The translations under genes and the position numbers were made by a program. Positions 32,297-43,020 of a stretch of DNA of 64,000 nucleotides are shown piece by piece. The notes beneath the pieces were generated by a model that saw only the letters and a program-made list of their open reading frames with translations, ran no database searches and was not told where the DNA came from. The stretch's first letter is position 1. The number at the start of each line of letters is the position of its first letter. Origin of the DNA: an uncultured archaeon (lineage in GTDB: Archaea > Thermoproteota > Bathyarchaeia > Bathyarchaeales > Bathycorpusculaceae); assembly GCA_963782915.1 (NCBI GenBank), contig CAWALK010000012.1, forward strand, positions 320,001 through 384,000, in the 5' to 3' direction.

Positions 32297-32469
32297 CCAA
32301 GAGAAGGTTTGATGGTATGGCTGAAAAGAAACACACTCAAAGATGCACAAATAGATCAAGCAGCATAGCCTGGTGCAAAAGGCTACAAAAATTCTGCAAC
32401 GCACCCGCCGAATACAGCCACTGCCAAGACTACCACCCAAAACAGGCATACCCATTTTTAGAAGGATGA
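32297..32469 (+). CDS. Small Cys-rich hypothetical protein
   Basis: MAEKKHTQRC...WCKRLQKFC...HCQDYHP, with a TATA-rich region upstream. Confidence 0.45.
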
Positions 32470-32472
32470 CTC

Positions 32473-32758
32473 ATGACCGCGGGCAAAGAAAGCGTTCCAA
32501 ACACAAAACAGGAAGAATTCTATGTCATCGGCTCAAGGGTCAGCAAATGCGATATCTGTAAAGCAACCAAAAAAACGATGCTGCTAAGCTACGGATTTCA
32601 GCCTCTGTGAAGATTGCATCAACGTTTGTGCATTGATTATTAATCAACTGCTCAAGCAGCCGAACAAACCCCAATCAAAAAACAAAACCTGCAAAAAAAG
32701 ACCGCAGCGCCCAAGCATAAAAATAAATGTAGAACAAACACAATTAAACTATCGCTAA
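32473..32758 (+). CDS. Small zinc-finger protein, frameshifted
   Basis: MTAGKESV...KCDICK...|LCEDCINVC and a basic tail. Confidence 0.55.
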
Positions 32759-33627
32759 AATATCGGATCTTCAATAACAAAATTCAAATTGACACAGACA
32801 ATAGATTTCCACATTCTAAAGTAGCGGGACCAAAAAGTCAGCATAAAAGTTTCCTTAGTTTTTAGTTTTTTTAATCTGTTACCTTCTTGATTGTTTTGGA
32901 GAATGTTGAGTTGCCCATGGCTTTGGCTGGAGGGATCAAAAGGGGGGTGAAACCGGGCTTTGGAGATATTGGGTTATTTCGGTTTAGGGCGATTTGGGTT
33001 TTCTGATGGTCTCTTGCAAGCGTGGCTGCTGTGCGTTCTAGTTTGTCAGGTGGTTTTGGCTGATAAGGTTTTAAGCTTCTACCTGCCCATAATGGGGCGC
33101 TTGTTATGGCCTTATATTTACTGGAGAGTTCATTGAGGATTAACGGTTCAAAACGGCTTTTTCTTATTAGACTGCATGGCACTTGAGGATTATTAACTAT
33201 GGCATTAGCTTGGATGAAAGTTAGCCTCAATCCTTCGGGTTACGAAATTCTGAATCAAATTTAAGTTAAATTCTCAGATTATTAATTTTTGAAGCTAGTG
33301 TTGTATGTTGATGTTGAGTTTGCAAGTGACTTATGGCTGCTCCATACTTGGAGGGTATGGATTTGCTGATAAGTGATAGGCTTTATGAGAACAAGCGGAA
33401 GTAGTAAAAGACGCGCTAAGACGGTTGTTCAATCACTATGAGGTAAACTCTATCAGTGACGCCTGCACCCAATAGCCCAGTAACCTAAAACCAATGCAAA
33501 CAACCACCTGCCTTACAACACCCTTTTTAATAAACAAACAAACGTAAACTAAAACACTCATGAGACAAAGTTTTTATGCTCCTTTGGAACTCTACACTTC
33601 CCCGAACAGACAAAGGAAGATTCAAAG

Positions 33628-34380
33628 ATGGCCCTACAAAAAGGAGACTTCATCCTAATCGATTACGTAGCGAAAATTAAAGAAACAAACGAAGTTTTCG
33701 ACACAACAAAAGACGAAGTAGCAAAAAAAGAGCACCTTCACAAAGAAGGCGAAATCTATGAACCAAAACTCGTCGTTGTCGGCGAAGGCTGGGTACTAAA
33801 AGCCCTAGACGACTCTCTATTAACCGCAGAAGTCGGCAAAGCCGAAACCGTCGAAATTCCCTCAGACAAAGCATTCGGTCCACGAGACCCAGAAAAAATC
33901 CGCCGCGTCCCAATCAAACAATTATACGCAAAAGAAATCAACCCAGTAGTTGGAGCACGCATCGAATACCAAGGTAAAATGGCAACAATCCGCTCCATCG
34001 GCGCAGGCAGAGTCCTACTCGACTTTAACCCTGCATTAGCAGGCAGAACCCTCATCTACGACCTAACCGTCACCAAAAAACTCGACGCAGAAGAACAAAA
34101 AATCGGCGCAATCGTTCACCGCAGAATCCCAGTAGTCGAAGAAGACAAGTTCAAAATCGCAGTAAAAGCAAAGAACCTAACCATCGACATGCCAGAAGAC
34201 ACCTTCTACGTTGAAGGCATCCAAATTGCAAAACGCGGCATCGCCATGGACATACAAAAGTTCCTACCCGACTTGGCTGAGACAAAGTTTGTTGAAACCT
34301 TCAAAGCTGAGCCAAAACCTGAAGCAGCCGCTCCAGTCGTAGAAGCAAAAGCTGAAGAAGCAAATACTGCAGCGCCATAA
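33628..34380 (+). CDS. Long-type archaeal FKBP peptidyl-prolyl isomerase (SlyD-like)
   Basis: KGDFILIDY, VFDTT, AFGPRDP, DFNPALAGRTL. Confidence 0.93.
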   Translation: MALQKGDFILIDYVAKIKETNEVFDTTKDEVAKKEHLHKEGEIYEPKLVVVGEGWVLKALDDSLLTAEVGKAETVEIPSDKAFGPRDPEKIRRVPIKQLYAKEINPVVGARIEYQGKMATIRSIGAGRVLLDFNPALAGRTLIYDLTVTKKLDAEEQKIGAIVHRRIPVVEEDKFKIAVKAKNLTIDMPEDTFYVEGIQIAKRGIAMDIQKFLPDLAETKFVETFKAEPKPEAAAPVVEAKAEEANTAAP

Positions 34381-34550
34381 GTGCGCTTCTAACTTTTCTT
34401 TTTTAATTCTTTAATTTTCAACACTCAACCCGTTACGCTACTGCCAAGTCTTTTACTTTTTGAAAAAAGTTAAATCCGCCAACCACTCATAGTATTAAGT
34501 GCGCTTCTCTTAGTCAACGTTTAAGGTGTATCTGGAGGTGAAACCAAAAG

Positions 34551-34934
34551 ATGGACCACACAATAATGCATTTTGAAATTCCAGCAAACGATGTAGAAAA
34601 ACTGAAGGGTTTCTACGAGAAAGTCTTCGGCTGGACCATAGTTCAAGCCGCTGGACCGATAGAGTACTGGGTAATCCAAACCGTGCCAGTTGACCCAAAA
34701 GGCATGCTGCTGCGCCCCGGCGTGAATGGAGGCTTGTATAAGCGTCAAGTGCCAGAGAGCAAACCCATTAATTACATCTCAGTCGAAAATATCGCTGAAT
34801 TTTTAGATAAAATCGTGAAATCAGGCGGAAAAATTACTCAACCCACGCAGGAAGTTCCAGAAGTCGGCTGGATAGCGGCGGCAGAAGACCCAGAAGGCAA
34901 CGCGTTTGCGCTCCTTCAACCTATACGTGTTTAG
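34551..34934 (+). CDS. VOC/glyoxalase family protein
   Basis: HFEIPA...FYEKVFGW...GVNGGL...DPEGNAF. Confidence 0.92.
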   Translation: MDHTIMHFEIPANDVEKLKGFYEKVFGWTIVQAAGPIEYWVIQTVPVDPKGMLLRPGVNGGLYKRQVPESKPINYISVENIAEFLDKIVKSGGKITQPTQEVPEVGWIAAAEDPEGNAFALLQPIRV

Positions 34935-36000
34935 TTAATTATGCCTGTTGCCCTTGCTACGGTTTCGCATGCGTCGAAGTTTAGGTTTAGCTTATGTAAG
35001 ATTGTGTAGCGTTCTGGTCTGATTTGAGTTGACATTTGCAGGGCTTTGACGATATCCATGTCTTTGACGCCTAACTCGGATGCGGTTGTGGGTGCGCCTA
35101 TGTGTTTGAGGGTGCTTTTGATTTGTTGCCAGTTTGAGCCGTGTAAGAAAGCGGTTAAGATTGAGCCGACACCGCATTGTTCGCCGTGCATGGCGTGTTT
35201 GGAGTTGATTAAGTCTAAGGCGTGGCTGAATAGGTGCTCGGATCCGCTGCATGGTCGGCTGCTGCCTGCTATGCTCATGGCGACTCCGCAGCTGATCAAC
35301 GCTTCAAGTAGGACTCTTAATCCTTCGCATTCTTTCTGTGCGACTAAATCCGCATTGGCAGTTACAAGTTTGGCACTCATTAATGCTAGGCTGGCTGCGT
35401 ATCCGCCGTAGTATTCGCCTTTTTCTAGATATGCCAGTTTCCAGTCTTTTACTGCGGTGAATTTGCTGATTACGTCTCCGCAACCGCTTATGACAAAGCG
35501 CCATGGCGCTTGAGAGATAATGTCTATGTCAGCGATTATTGCCATGGGTGCCTGCGCGAGGACGCTGTAGGGTTTTTCTGAACCTTTTATGGAGGCTAGG
35601 GGGCTGGCGATGCCGTCGTGGCTGACGGTTGTTGGGATGCTTACGAATGGGAGGTTTTGGCTGGCTGAACTTAGTTTGGCTGCATCGATTATTGTTCCGC
35701 CGCCTACGCCAAAGACAACTCGCGGCTTTTGTTCTTTGAGTTGTTTTTCGACGAGAATTAGGTCATCTACAGTCATTGATTTGACAAGTAAGAATTCGGG
35801 TGTTAAACCTGCTTTTTCAAGCTCGCAAGAGACTCTTTCTCCTGCCTAGCTTGTAGCATTGTGAGTCTGAGAGTACCAAGGCTTTTCCTTTGAGACCTAA
35901 GCGATTTACTACTTCTGGAATGCGGTCTAATGTGCCTTTTCCGACGATTACTTCGCGGGGCAACTGCATGTAATGGTAGTTTAGACTCAAAGGATACCAC
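34931..36000 (-). CDS. egsA: NAD(P)-dependent glycerol-1-phosphate dehydrogenase, frameshifted 5' part
   Basis: GVGGGTIIDAAK, PTTVSHDGIASP, SRPCSGSEHLFSHALD, HGEQCG, RYTIL. Confidence 0.95.
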
Positions 36001-36141
36001 TGTGACTAAGACACTATGTTGGGTTGCTGTGTTTTAAAACGTTTGGGAACCTGCCAGCCAAGACGTGCATTGTTTTTTAGACAAAAACGGTTTTACCCCA
36101 GACTGCATATTGTTTCTGTTCGTTAGTTGAGGTTTTGAGGC

Positions 36142-36501
36142 ATGATTGTTGAAGCAACGGTAACGATTATGGTTAGTGATGTGGATAAGGCATTGGACTT
36201 TTACACTGGCGTCTTGGGGCTGAAACTCAAAAAACGGTACAACGAGAAATACGCGGAGGTTGTGGTCGCCGACTTTGTTTTGGGGCTTCACTTAATCAAC
36301 CCAGCCAATGTCAATATGAGTATTCCTAACAATTTATCGGTAGGATTCCGTGTGGAAGATTTAGAGGATGCAGTTTCAAAGCTTAAGGATAAAGGGTTAA
36401 TGTTTTCCAATTCAATCGAGGAAGGCAAAGGCGGATGGTTCATTTATTTCCAGGACCCCGATAGCAACCCGCTATATCTTTGGCAAAGAAAAACCCACTA
36501 A
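36142..36501 (+). CDS. VOC/glyoxalase family protein
   Basis: VSDVDKALDFYTGVLGL...FRVEDL...YFQDPDSN. Confidence 0.9.
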   Translation: MIVEATVTIMVSDVDKALDFYTGVLGLKLKKRYNEKYAEVVVADFVLGLHLINPANVNMSIPNNLSVGFRVEDLEDAVSKLKDKGLMFSNSIEEGKGGWFIYFQDPDSNPLYLWQRKTH

Positions 36502-36659
36502 GCAGCTTTTATCAATTGCAAAAGAAACTTTCCCAGTGTATCTTAGTAAACTAAACATTATAAGCCCCCAAACGCCAACTATAACCAGGCGACTTTTAAG
36601 TGAAAACGCATGCACCTCAATCCCACTGAGTTGACTAGCTGAATCAACTGCAAGGAAGC

Positions 36660-37253
36660 ATGAAAAGAATGAATACCAAAGTATTGGCTGTATTAGTCTC
36701 TGCGGTTCTAATTTCCTCTGTTGCTGGAGGAGTTTATGTTTCAAGTTTAGGTAGTCAGCCGCAGGCAAGCGTGGAGGATAATGCGATTGTTAACCCAGAT
36801 GCTTCTCCCACACCTACACCTACTTTTAGTCATGGGTCAACATCAACAGCGTCGCCTATTTATTCGCCATCACCAACACTAACACCTACACCAAGACCAT
36901 GGCATGATTTCAACGTCTACTACGACATTGCTGCCAGTAATGGCTCTTCAATTGTTATTGGCCTGAGCCTTAACGGGTTCTGCTTCACTTCACCTATAAC
37001 AAGCGATCTCTCTATTGATTCATTCTCGCTATGTATCAATAACACTGTATATTCTACTCATGCTTATGGTAACATGCCCTCGCTTAGTGCAGTTGACTTA
37101 TCATCCTTCAATGGAACAAATCAGTCATTCGATGATTTACAAGCAACTTTTACCTTTAATATCGATGTTTCGGGGTCAAGTTTTAGGTCATACTCAGTGC
37201 CTGTTTTAATCTATAATGGTCCGTATTCGGTTTGGGTTATTCCAGCAATATAA
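36660..37253 (+). CDS. Membrane-anchored Ser/Thr/Pro-rich hypothetical protein
   Basis: N-terminal TM, PTPTP linker, beta-rich domain. Confidence 0.7.
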   Translation: MKRMNTKVLAVLVSAVLISSVAGGVYVSSLGSQPQASVEDNAIVNPDASPTPTPTFSHGSTSTASPIYSPSPTLTPTPRPWHDFNVYYDIAASNGSSIVIGLSLNGFCFTSPITSDLSIDSFSLCINNTVYSTHAYGNMPSLSAVDLSSFNGTNQSFDDLQATFTFNIDVSGSSFRSYSVPVLIYNGPYSVWVIPAI

Positions 37254-37612
37254 AAAGAGGGTTTTATTGTGAAGGTTGTTTTTCCTTCATGGAAACTAGT
37301 TGCCACACCCACATAAAGAGACAAAACCGATTTTTGCCCTTTTTTAGAAGGCGGGAAGAGGAGAAAAGCGGCATGCGTCGTCTGTTCTGCTTGCATAAAA
37401 CGCCACAACCAATCTGCAACCCGCCATAAACGCAGACAACAAAACACAACGCTCTGCCAAGCCCGCTGGTTGTTGTTGTGTATAGGGGCTTTTCGGCAAC
37501 AACTACTATATTACAGAGTAAAAACCGCTAAAAGCAACCCTGAATCGGTAATAATCTGTGTTATGCTTATATCTACCATTTGCAGTATCCTCCTTTCAGG
37601 AGATCACAAAAC

Positions 37613-37882
37613 ATGCCCGCCATTGAAGTCGGCAGAATATGCGTCAAACAAGCTGGCCGCGAATGCTGCACTAAATGCGTCGTCATAGACGTCGTCGACA
37701 AAAGCTTCGTCTTAGTCACAGGACCCAAAAAATTAACTGGTGTCAAACGCAGACGCGTCAACATAAACCACGTCATGCCCCTAGTAGACAAAATCGATGT
37801 CAAACGAGGCGCATCAGACGATGAAGTTGCGCAGGCAATTCAAGCCGCAGATTTAACAGAAGAAATGACGCAGCTATTCTAA
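37613..37882 (+). CDS. rpl14e: 50S ribosomal protein L14e
   Basis: MPAIEVGRICVKQAGRE...VLVTGPK..TGVKRRRVNI. Confidence 0.96.
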   Translation: MPAIEVGRICVKQAGRECCTKCVVIDVVDKSFVLVTGPKKLTGVKRRRVNINHVMPLVDKIDVKRGASDDEVAQAIQAADLTEEMTQLF

Positions 37883-37947
37883 ACCCTTTTAAACTTTAAT
37901 ACCACGTTATTCTTTTTCTTATCTTTATCAGGAGAACACCGTAGAGA

Positions 37948-38979
37948 ATGCCAAGAACACTTCCGCCGTGGGAAACCAAACACGAATTGCTAACAAAAGC
38001 AGAGGACCATACAGACCCCAAATATGGCTGTAAACCCTCTGAACGTACAGCGAAGCAATTCATCAAATATGGTACCATTAACTTGGATAAACCAGCAGGT
38101 CCCACAAGCCATGAAGTGGCAGCTTGGACCAAAAAAATCCTAAAACTCGAAACCATCGGACACGGAGGCACCCTTGACCCCAAAGTCACAGGTATCCTGC
38201 CAGTTACGCTGGAAGAAGCCACCAAAATGGTTCAAGCACTGCTCCACAGCGGCAAAGAATACGTCTGCGTCCTAAAACTACACGGAGACATAGACGAATC
38301 CTCAGTAAAGCGTGTGCTCACGATTTTCGAGGACGAAATTTATCAGCGTCCACCCCTGCGATCCTCAGTCAAACGCCAATTACGTACAAGACGCATCTAC
38401 TACATCGACTACATCGAAAAGGACGGACGAAACGTACTCTTCAAAGTCGCCTGCGAAGGCGGCACATACATCCGCAAATTATGCTTCGACGTAGGAGAAA
38501 TCCTAGGCGTCGGCGGACACATGCAAGAACTCCGTCGCACTCGTGCAGGGCCATTTACCGAAACCAGCGTCAAATGCGTAAACCTCCACGACGTCGCTTA
38601 CTGGTTTGGCGAGTACGAACGCACAAAAGACCAATCTTACCTCTGCAAATTCATCGAACCCATGGAAACCGCGCTTGCGCAACTCCCAAAAGTCATTGTC
38701 CGAGACTCAGCCGTTGATGCACTCTGCCACGGCGCAAACCTAACAGCGCCCGGAGTCTGTCAAGTGGACAGCGGCATCGTAAAAAGCAACATAATAGCCA
38801 TATTCACCCTCAAGGGTGAAGCAATCGCTTTGGGTCGCGCTCAGGTTTCAACACAAGAAATCCTTGACTTGCGCCATGGTGTGGTTGCAACGTTAGCGCG
38901 TGTATTGATGCCACGGAACATTTATCCAAGGACTTGGAAGAGCGGTGGCGGCGGCGCCGATGAGCAAGAAAAACAGTAA
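37948..38979 (+). CDS. cbf5: H/ACA RNP pseudouridine synthase Cbf5
   Basis: DKPAGPTSHEV, GHGGTLDPKVTG, YQRPP, GGTYIRKLC, PUA domain. Confidence 0.97.
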   Translation: MPRTLPPWETKHELLTKAEDHTDPKYGCKPSERTAKQFIKYGTINLDKPAGPTSHEVAAWTKKILKLETIGHGGTLDPKVTGILPVTLEEATKMVQALLHSGKEYVCVLKLHGDIDESSVKRVLTIFEDEIYQRPPLRSSVKRQLRTRRIYYIDYIEKDGRNVLFKVACEGGTYIRKLCFDVGEILGVGGHMQELRRTRAGPFTETSVKCVNLHDVAYWFGEYERTKDQSYLCKFIEPMETALAQLPKVIVRDSAVDALCHGANLTAPGVCQVDSGIVKSNIIAIFTLKGEAIALGRAQVSTQEILDLRHGVVATLARVLMPRNIYPRTWKSGGGGADEQEKQ

Positions 38980-39583
38980 GCATGTTGAGCACTATTTTTC
39001 CGCTCAGCCTAAATGCGACGACCGCTTCGGCATAGTAAAAACTACGCTGCGCGGCCGCAAATTCGAATTTTTAACTTCCTCGAGTGTTTTCTCTAAAAAA
39101 CGGGTTGATTTAGGCACCCACGTGTTGATTGATGCGATGGTTCTGCCCCAAACCGGCACAGTACTTGACATTGGCTGCGGATACGGCGCAGTCGGCATCA
39201 CAGCAGCATCAACCAACCCCAAACTCCAAGTGGTCATGACTGACGTAAACATGCGTGCGGTGCGTTTAGCCAAACAGAACCTGGAAGCTAACAGAATCCG
39301 CAACGCCCAAGTGCTATACGGCCACCTCTACGAGCCGGTTGAAGCATTGCACTTTGATTGTGTACTCTCTAATCCTCCGGTGAGCGCCGGTATGGATGTG
39401 GTGAGGGCAATTATTGCGGGTGCACCCAAAGTGTTGAATGCTGGCGGCAGTTTTCAGATGGTTATCCGCAGCAAAATCGGCGCTAAATCCTTGCCGGAAG
39501 CGTTCTGTGAAGCGTTTGGGAGCTGTGAAGTGTTGGCGCGGGAAAGCGGGTTCCGTGTGCTGATGGGTAAGCTTGGCGTTTAG
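38960..39583 (+). CDS. Class I SAM methyltransferase (RsmC/MTS family)
   Basis: HYFS, VFSKKRVDLGT, LDIGCGYG, SNPP. Confidence 0.92.
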   Translation: MSKKNSKHVEHYFSAQPKCDDRFGIVKTTLRGRKFEFLTSSSVFSKKRVDLGTHVLIDAMVLPQTGTVLDIGCGYGAVGITAASTNPKLQVVMTDVNMRAVRLAKQNLEANRIRNAQVLYGHLYEPVEALHFDCVLSNPPVSAGMDVVRAIIAGAPKVLNAGGSFQMVIRSKIGAKSLPEAFCEAFGSCEVLARESGFRVLMGKLGV

Positions 39584-39731
39584 GTTCCGATAGGTTTTTA
39601 TTCGATTTTTGAACATGGGTGTGTTTCATGCATATCTTGGCTGTTGCATGGTGCCTGTTTGTCTGACAAGCACTTATAAGTTGACTGCCACGACAGAACT
39701 AACCAACAGCAGCCATTTAACGGTGAAAAAA

Positions 39732-39938
39732 GTGTCTGACGGAAACAAACGGGAACGCATAACCATTCGATTAACCAAACGGTACCTGGACCTACTAAAC
39801 ACCCTCATCGATAAAGGCGTTTATAATAGCCGCAACGAAGCCATCCGCGATGCCCTACGCATCATGTACGAGTATCATGGATTAAAGGTTGCGCCTGAAA
39901 AGAAGCCAGCTGCTAAACCCGAAGACGCCCCCGCCTAA
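39732..39938 (+). CDS. Ribbon-helix-helix (CopG/Arc) regulator
   Basis: ERITIRLT...LIDKGVYNSRNEAIRDALR. Confidence 0.9.
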   Translation: MSDGNKRERITIRLTKRYLDLLNTLIDKGVYNSRNEAIRDALRIMYEYHGLKVAPEKKPAAKPEDAPA

Positions 39939-40215
39939 CCTCTTTTAAGAAATATTCCGTTTTTCGATATATTCCCTTTTAGAAAATCGGCTTTTATTAC
40001 TAAACCATACATTAACCCTCATGGAGCGGGCTAAAATAGACAGAGAACAAGGGGAGATGCTGCGAAATCGGCGTTAAAAGCCCATGCGTAACCTGCGATT
40101 ATAATCCATTCTGCAATGGCAAATGGAGCCACACCCGCAGTGATTCTTGAGTGCTGTTTAATGTCAGTCACATACGTTTAGATAGATGCTTTTTGCTGGC
40201 TTTAGTGGTGATTTT

Positions 40216-40461
40216 TTGTCAGATAAAGACGTAAGAACCGCAACTGCAGCGACTAAAAGCAAACATGACCCCGAAGCAGTGTCTAAGGGTGGTAAAGGCG
40301 CTGGCTTGCGCAGCCGCACACACGCCAAAGCCACACCTGATGGCAGATACAAATGCACGGAATGCGGCGCCATATCAAGCACCCTCGAAGAAGCAGACGC
40401 CCACCATTTCCGCACCCATGAACGGCAACCAGCCGAAACATACATGCATACACCGCCTTAG
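40216..40461 (+). CDS. Small C2H2 zinc-finger protein
   Basis: SD GGTGA and TTG start, YKCTECGAISSTLEEADAHHFRTH. Confidence 0.75.
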   Translation: MSDKDVRTATAATKSKHDPEAVSKGGKGAGLRSRTHAKATPDGRYKCTECGAISSTLEEADAHHFRTHERQPAETYMHTPP

Positions 40462-40530
40462 GGTACCGCAAAATACAAAAGCCCACCCTGCCATAGAGGA
40501 ATAAACAAACTAACTAGTGCAGTGGTACCT

Positions 40531-40782
40531 ATGGGCAAACTAAACAAAGTCGATGAAAAAGTTGTAGCTACACTCCAGGCTGAAGGCAAAGAATTGTCTC
40601 TTCAAGAATTAACTGACAAGACCGGTGAGCCATCCAAGAAGGTTTTCAAGTCACTCAAGAAGCTTTTTGAGAACGAGATTGTTTCGACGCTGGCCCGCAA
40701 ATACAAATTAACGATTACTGATTCGAAAGCGATTAAGGCGAAGCTTGCGGCTAAGGGCGACGAAGAAGAACCCGAAGCTTAA
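40531..40782 (+). CDS. Small winged-HTH protein
   Basis: LSLQELTDKTGEPSKKVFKSLKKLFENEIV. Confidence 0.75.
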   Translation: MGKLNKVDEKVVATLQAEGKELSLQELTDKTGEPSKKVFKSLKKLFENEIVSTLARKYKLTITDSKAIKAKLAAKGDEEEPEA

Positions 40783-40865
40783 AAAAACTGATTTCTTTAA
40801 TTTTTAATATTTTATTTTACCCCTAATATCCCTAATTATAGCAAAAAATAGATGTAGTTTTTGAG

Positions 40866-40939
40866 AGCCTCGAGCGGGCCTTGCTCCCGCGGCCTGCTGC
40901 TTACAAGGCAGCCGCTCTACTGGGCTGAGCTATCGAGGC
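40866..40939 (-). tRNA. tRNA-Thr(TGT)
   Basis: GCCTCGATAGCTCAGCCCAGTAGAGCGGCTGCCTTGTAAGCAGCAGGCCGCGGGAGCAAGGCCCGCTCGAGGCT, with all stems pairing. Confidence 0.88.
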
Positions 40940-41077
40940 ACCCAAATACGCCCAGAACACACAACACATAAAACTCTAATCAAATAAAAGTTACTACTCC
41001 CACAGCCCCCCAAACGATATAATTTTAGAAAAAGCGGCAGTCCCGCATGTTATAATAGCTTCTTAGTTCAATGTTTA

Positions 41078-41773
41078 ATGTGGGGCTTTGGTATCCGCAG
41101 GTTTGCTTTGGGTGCAGCGGTGGCGGTTGTGGTGCTCGTTGGGTTTGTTTTGCTGAGCTTTGGCGCCCAAGCACAAAATACCACGGTGTTTGCTCCGGAT
41201 ACGCCCTTTGTTATCCCTGAACGCAACGGAACCATCTATTTTGCGGCAAACGGCACCTACTCCGAGGCGCAAATGGGGAATAATTCTTGGGTTTTCAGGA
41301 ACCTGCAACTAACCAATTCGCCAACGGTGCCGTTTTTGCGTGTTTCAACCGAAAACTGCAACATTACCCTATCCTCCTTCTCGAGCATAATAACAACCCA
41401 AAACTCGGGAGCCATCCACTACAACGTCACCGGCGCAGGCACTCAAACTTTCAATTTCGGCTTAAACCCCGCCTTCGCAGAAAACCCCAAAAGCCACCTC
41501 ATAACCGTGCGCTTCAACCAGAGCCAATACCCCGATTACCACCCCGAAGGCGACGGCTGGACCCTCTCCGCCGACGGAACCATAACCGTTAGCCACGCAG
41601 TGAATGATACCTACATTTTTTATCGGGACTTCTCCGGCCAATTGCCTGATGAGGAGTTGCCGTTTTACCAGAATCATGCGGTGCTGGTGTTGGCGTTGGT
41701 GTCTGTTGGTGCCATTGTGCTGGTGGGTGCCGTTGTTAAACTTAAAACTAGCCGTTTTGGAGGGAAAGCATGA
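41078..41773 (+). CDS. Secreted, C-terminally anchored hypothetical protein
   Basis: Signal peptide, Asn/Thr-rich beta domain, C-terminal TM. Overlaps the next gene (ATGA). Confidence 0.75.
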   Translation: MWGFGIRRFALGAAVAVVVLVGFVLLSFGAQAQNTTVFAPDTPFVIPERNGTIYFAANGTYSEAQMGNNSWVFRNLQLTNSPTVPFLRVSTENCNITLSSFSSIITTQNSGAIHYNVTGAGTQTFNFGLNPAFAENPKSHLITVRFNQSQYPDYHPEGDGWTLSADGTITVSHAVNDTYIFYRDFSGQLPDEELPFYQNHAVLVLALVSVGAIVLVGAVVKLKTSRFGGKA

Positions 41774-43014
41774 GCTGGGTAACCTCTGAGGTCGGTGTTG
41801 TGGTGTTGTTTGCCGCTGTTGTTGTAGCCCTAGCCGCGGGTATTCTGCATTTCAGCAAAAACAGGACCCGCCGTGTAAGCAACCTCCGGCTCTTCATCCA
41901 AATCGCCGCCGTCTTCGCCATATTCATGGGCCTACTCATTGGACCCTTCAACCAACCCGACTGGCTACCCCTTGGGCCCTCGCCCCGCGACCACCTCTTA
42001 GGCGCCGACGCACTGAGCAACCAATTTCCCGACGGCATAACCTTCCCCGCCCTCGCATGCTACTACCCCAACGGCAGAACCGTAACCTGCGCCATATGGC
42101 AAATCCAAGCCTACATCTTCCCCTTCTGGAACTACTCCATGGGCTACGGCGTCTTCTACGCACTCACAGGGCTCGAAATGCTCGCAATAGTGTTTCTCTC
42201 ATTGATTTTTGCGTCGCTTTTGCTTGGGCGATCCTACTGCGGCTGGCTCTGCCCCTTCGGCCTATACATGGACCTGTTGACGCGGATACGGAAAGCCGCC
42301 GGAAAACGGCATTTGAGCTTCTCAGCCAAAACCAACAGCGCCCTAAACCAGTCCCGATTCATAATAATCGCCATATTCCTGGTTCTAAGCGTCATTTTCG
42401 GTTCCTACGCCATTTTCGGTACCCAACTGATTCCGGGAACCTCGCCGGGGATCGACGGTTTTGATGCGTTGCATGCGGGGATAGTGTCCAACATTAACGA
42501 GCCCTTCTGCCTCGTCTGCCCAGCCCGACCCCTGTGCATTCTGGCTGAATCCGCGGTGGGCGCAATGAATTGGTCTTATGTGTCGCAGATTGCTTATGGC
42601 CCCTTTTGGATTACCGGGTTTTATGTTACTTCGATTAATTTGGCGGTACTGATTGCAGTCACCATTGTAGGATTCGTATACAGGCGATTCTGGTGCCGCC
42701 TCTGCCCATTGGGCGCATTAACTGCGCTGTTTAGTACCTACCGCCCCTTCAGGTGGGTAGCGTTGACGAAGCTGGAGAAATCCGCCGAGAAATGCACAAA
42801 ATGCGGAGTCTGCAAACGCGTTTGCCCAACAGACGTAACCGAAGTATACGACCGCAAAGAAGGCGACGTAACCGCTTCCGGCTGCATCCTGTGTATGCGA
42901 TGCGTTGAAATGTGCCCGTATAAGGATGCATTGAAAGCCAAATTTGCGGGGGTTACGGTTATGGGTTCAAGGAATTGGCTTGAAAACAAACAAACCCCTG
43001 AAAAAGGAGATTAA
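41770..43014 (+). CDS. NapH/MauN/RdxA-like membrane 4Fe-4S protein
   Basis: GRSYCGWLCPFG, RRFWCRLCPLG, CTKCGVCKRVCP, CILCMRCVEMCP. Confidence 0.9.
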   Translation: MSWVTSEVGVVVLFAAVVVALAAGILHFSKNRTRRVSNLRLFIQIAAVFAIFMGLLIGPFNQPDWLPLGPSPRDHLLGADALSNQFPDGITFPALACYYPNGRTVTCAIWQIQAYIFPFWNYSMGYGVFYALTGLEMLAIVFLSLIFASLLLGRSYCGWLCPFGLYMDLLTRIRKAAGKRHLSFSAKTNSALNQSRFIIIAIFLVLSVIFGSYAIFGTQLIPGTSPGIDGFDALHAGIVSNINEPFCLVCPARPLCILAESAVGAMNWSYVSQIAYGPFWITGFYVTSINLAVLIAVTIVGFVYRRFWCRLCPLGALTALFSTYRPFRWVALTKLEKSAEKCTKCGVCKRVCPTDVTEVYDRKEGDVTASGCILCMRCVEMCPYKDALKAKFAGVTVMGSRNWLENKQTPEKGD

Positions 43015-43020
43015 AAATAA

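Noticed and set aside
32871-33230. 119-aa minus-strand ORF in a long intergenic region
   Set aside because: No SD or recognisable motif and an atypical composition, so it cannot be supported as a gene.
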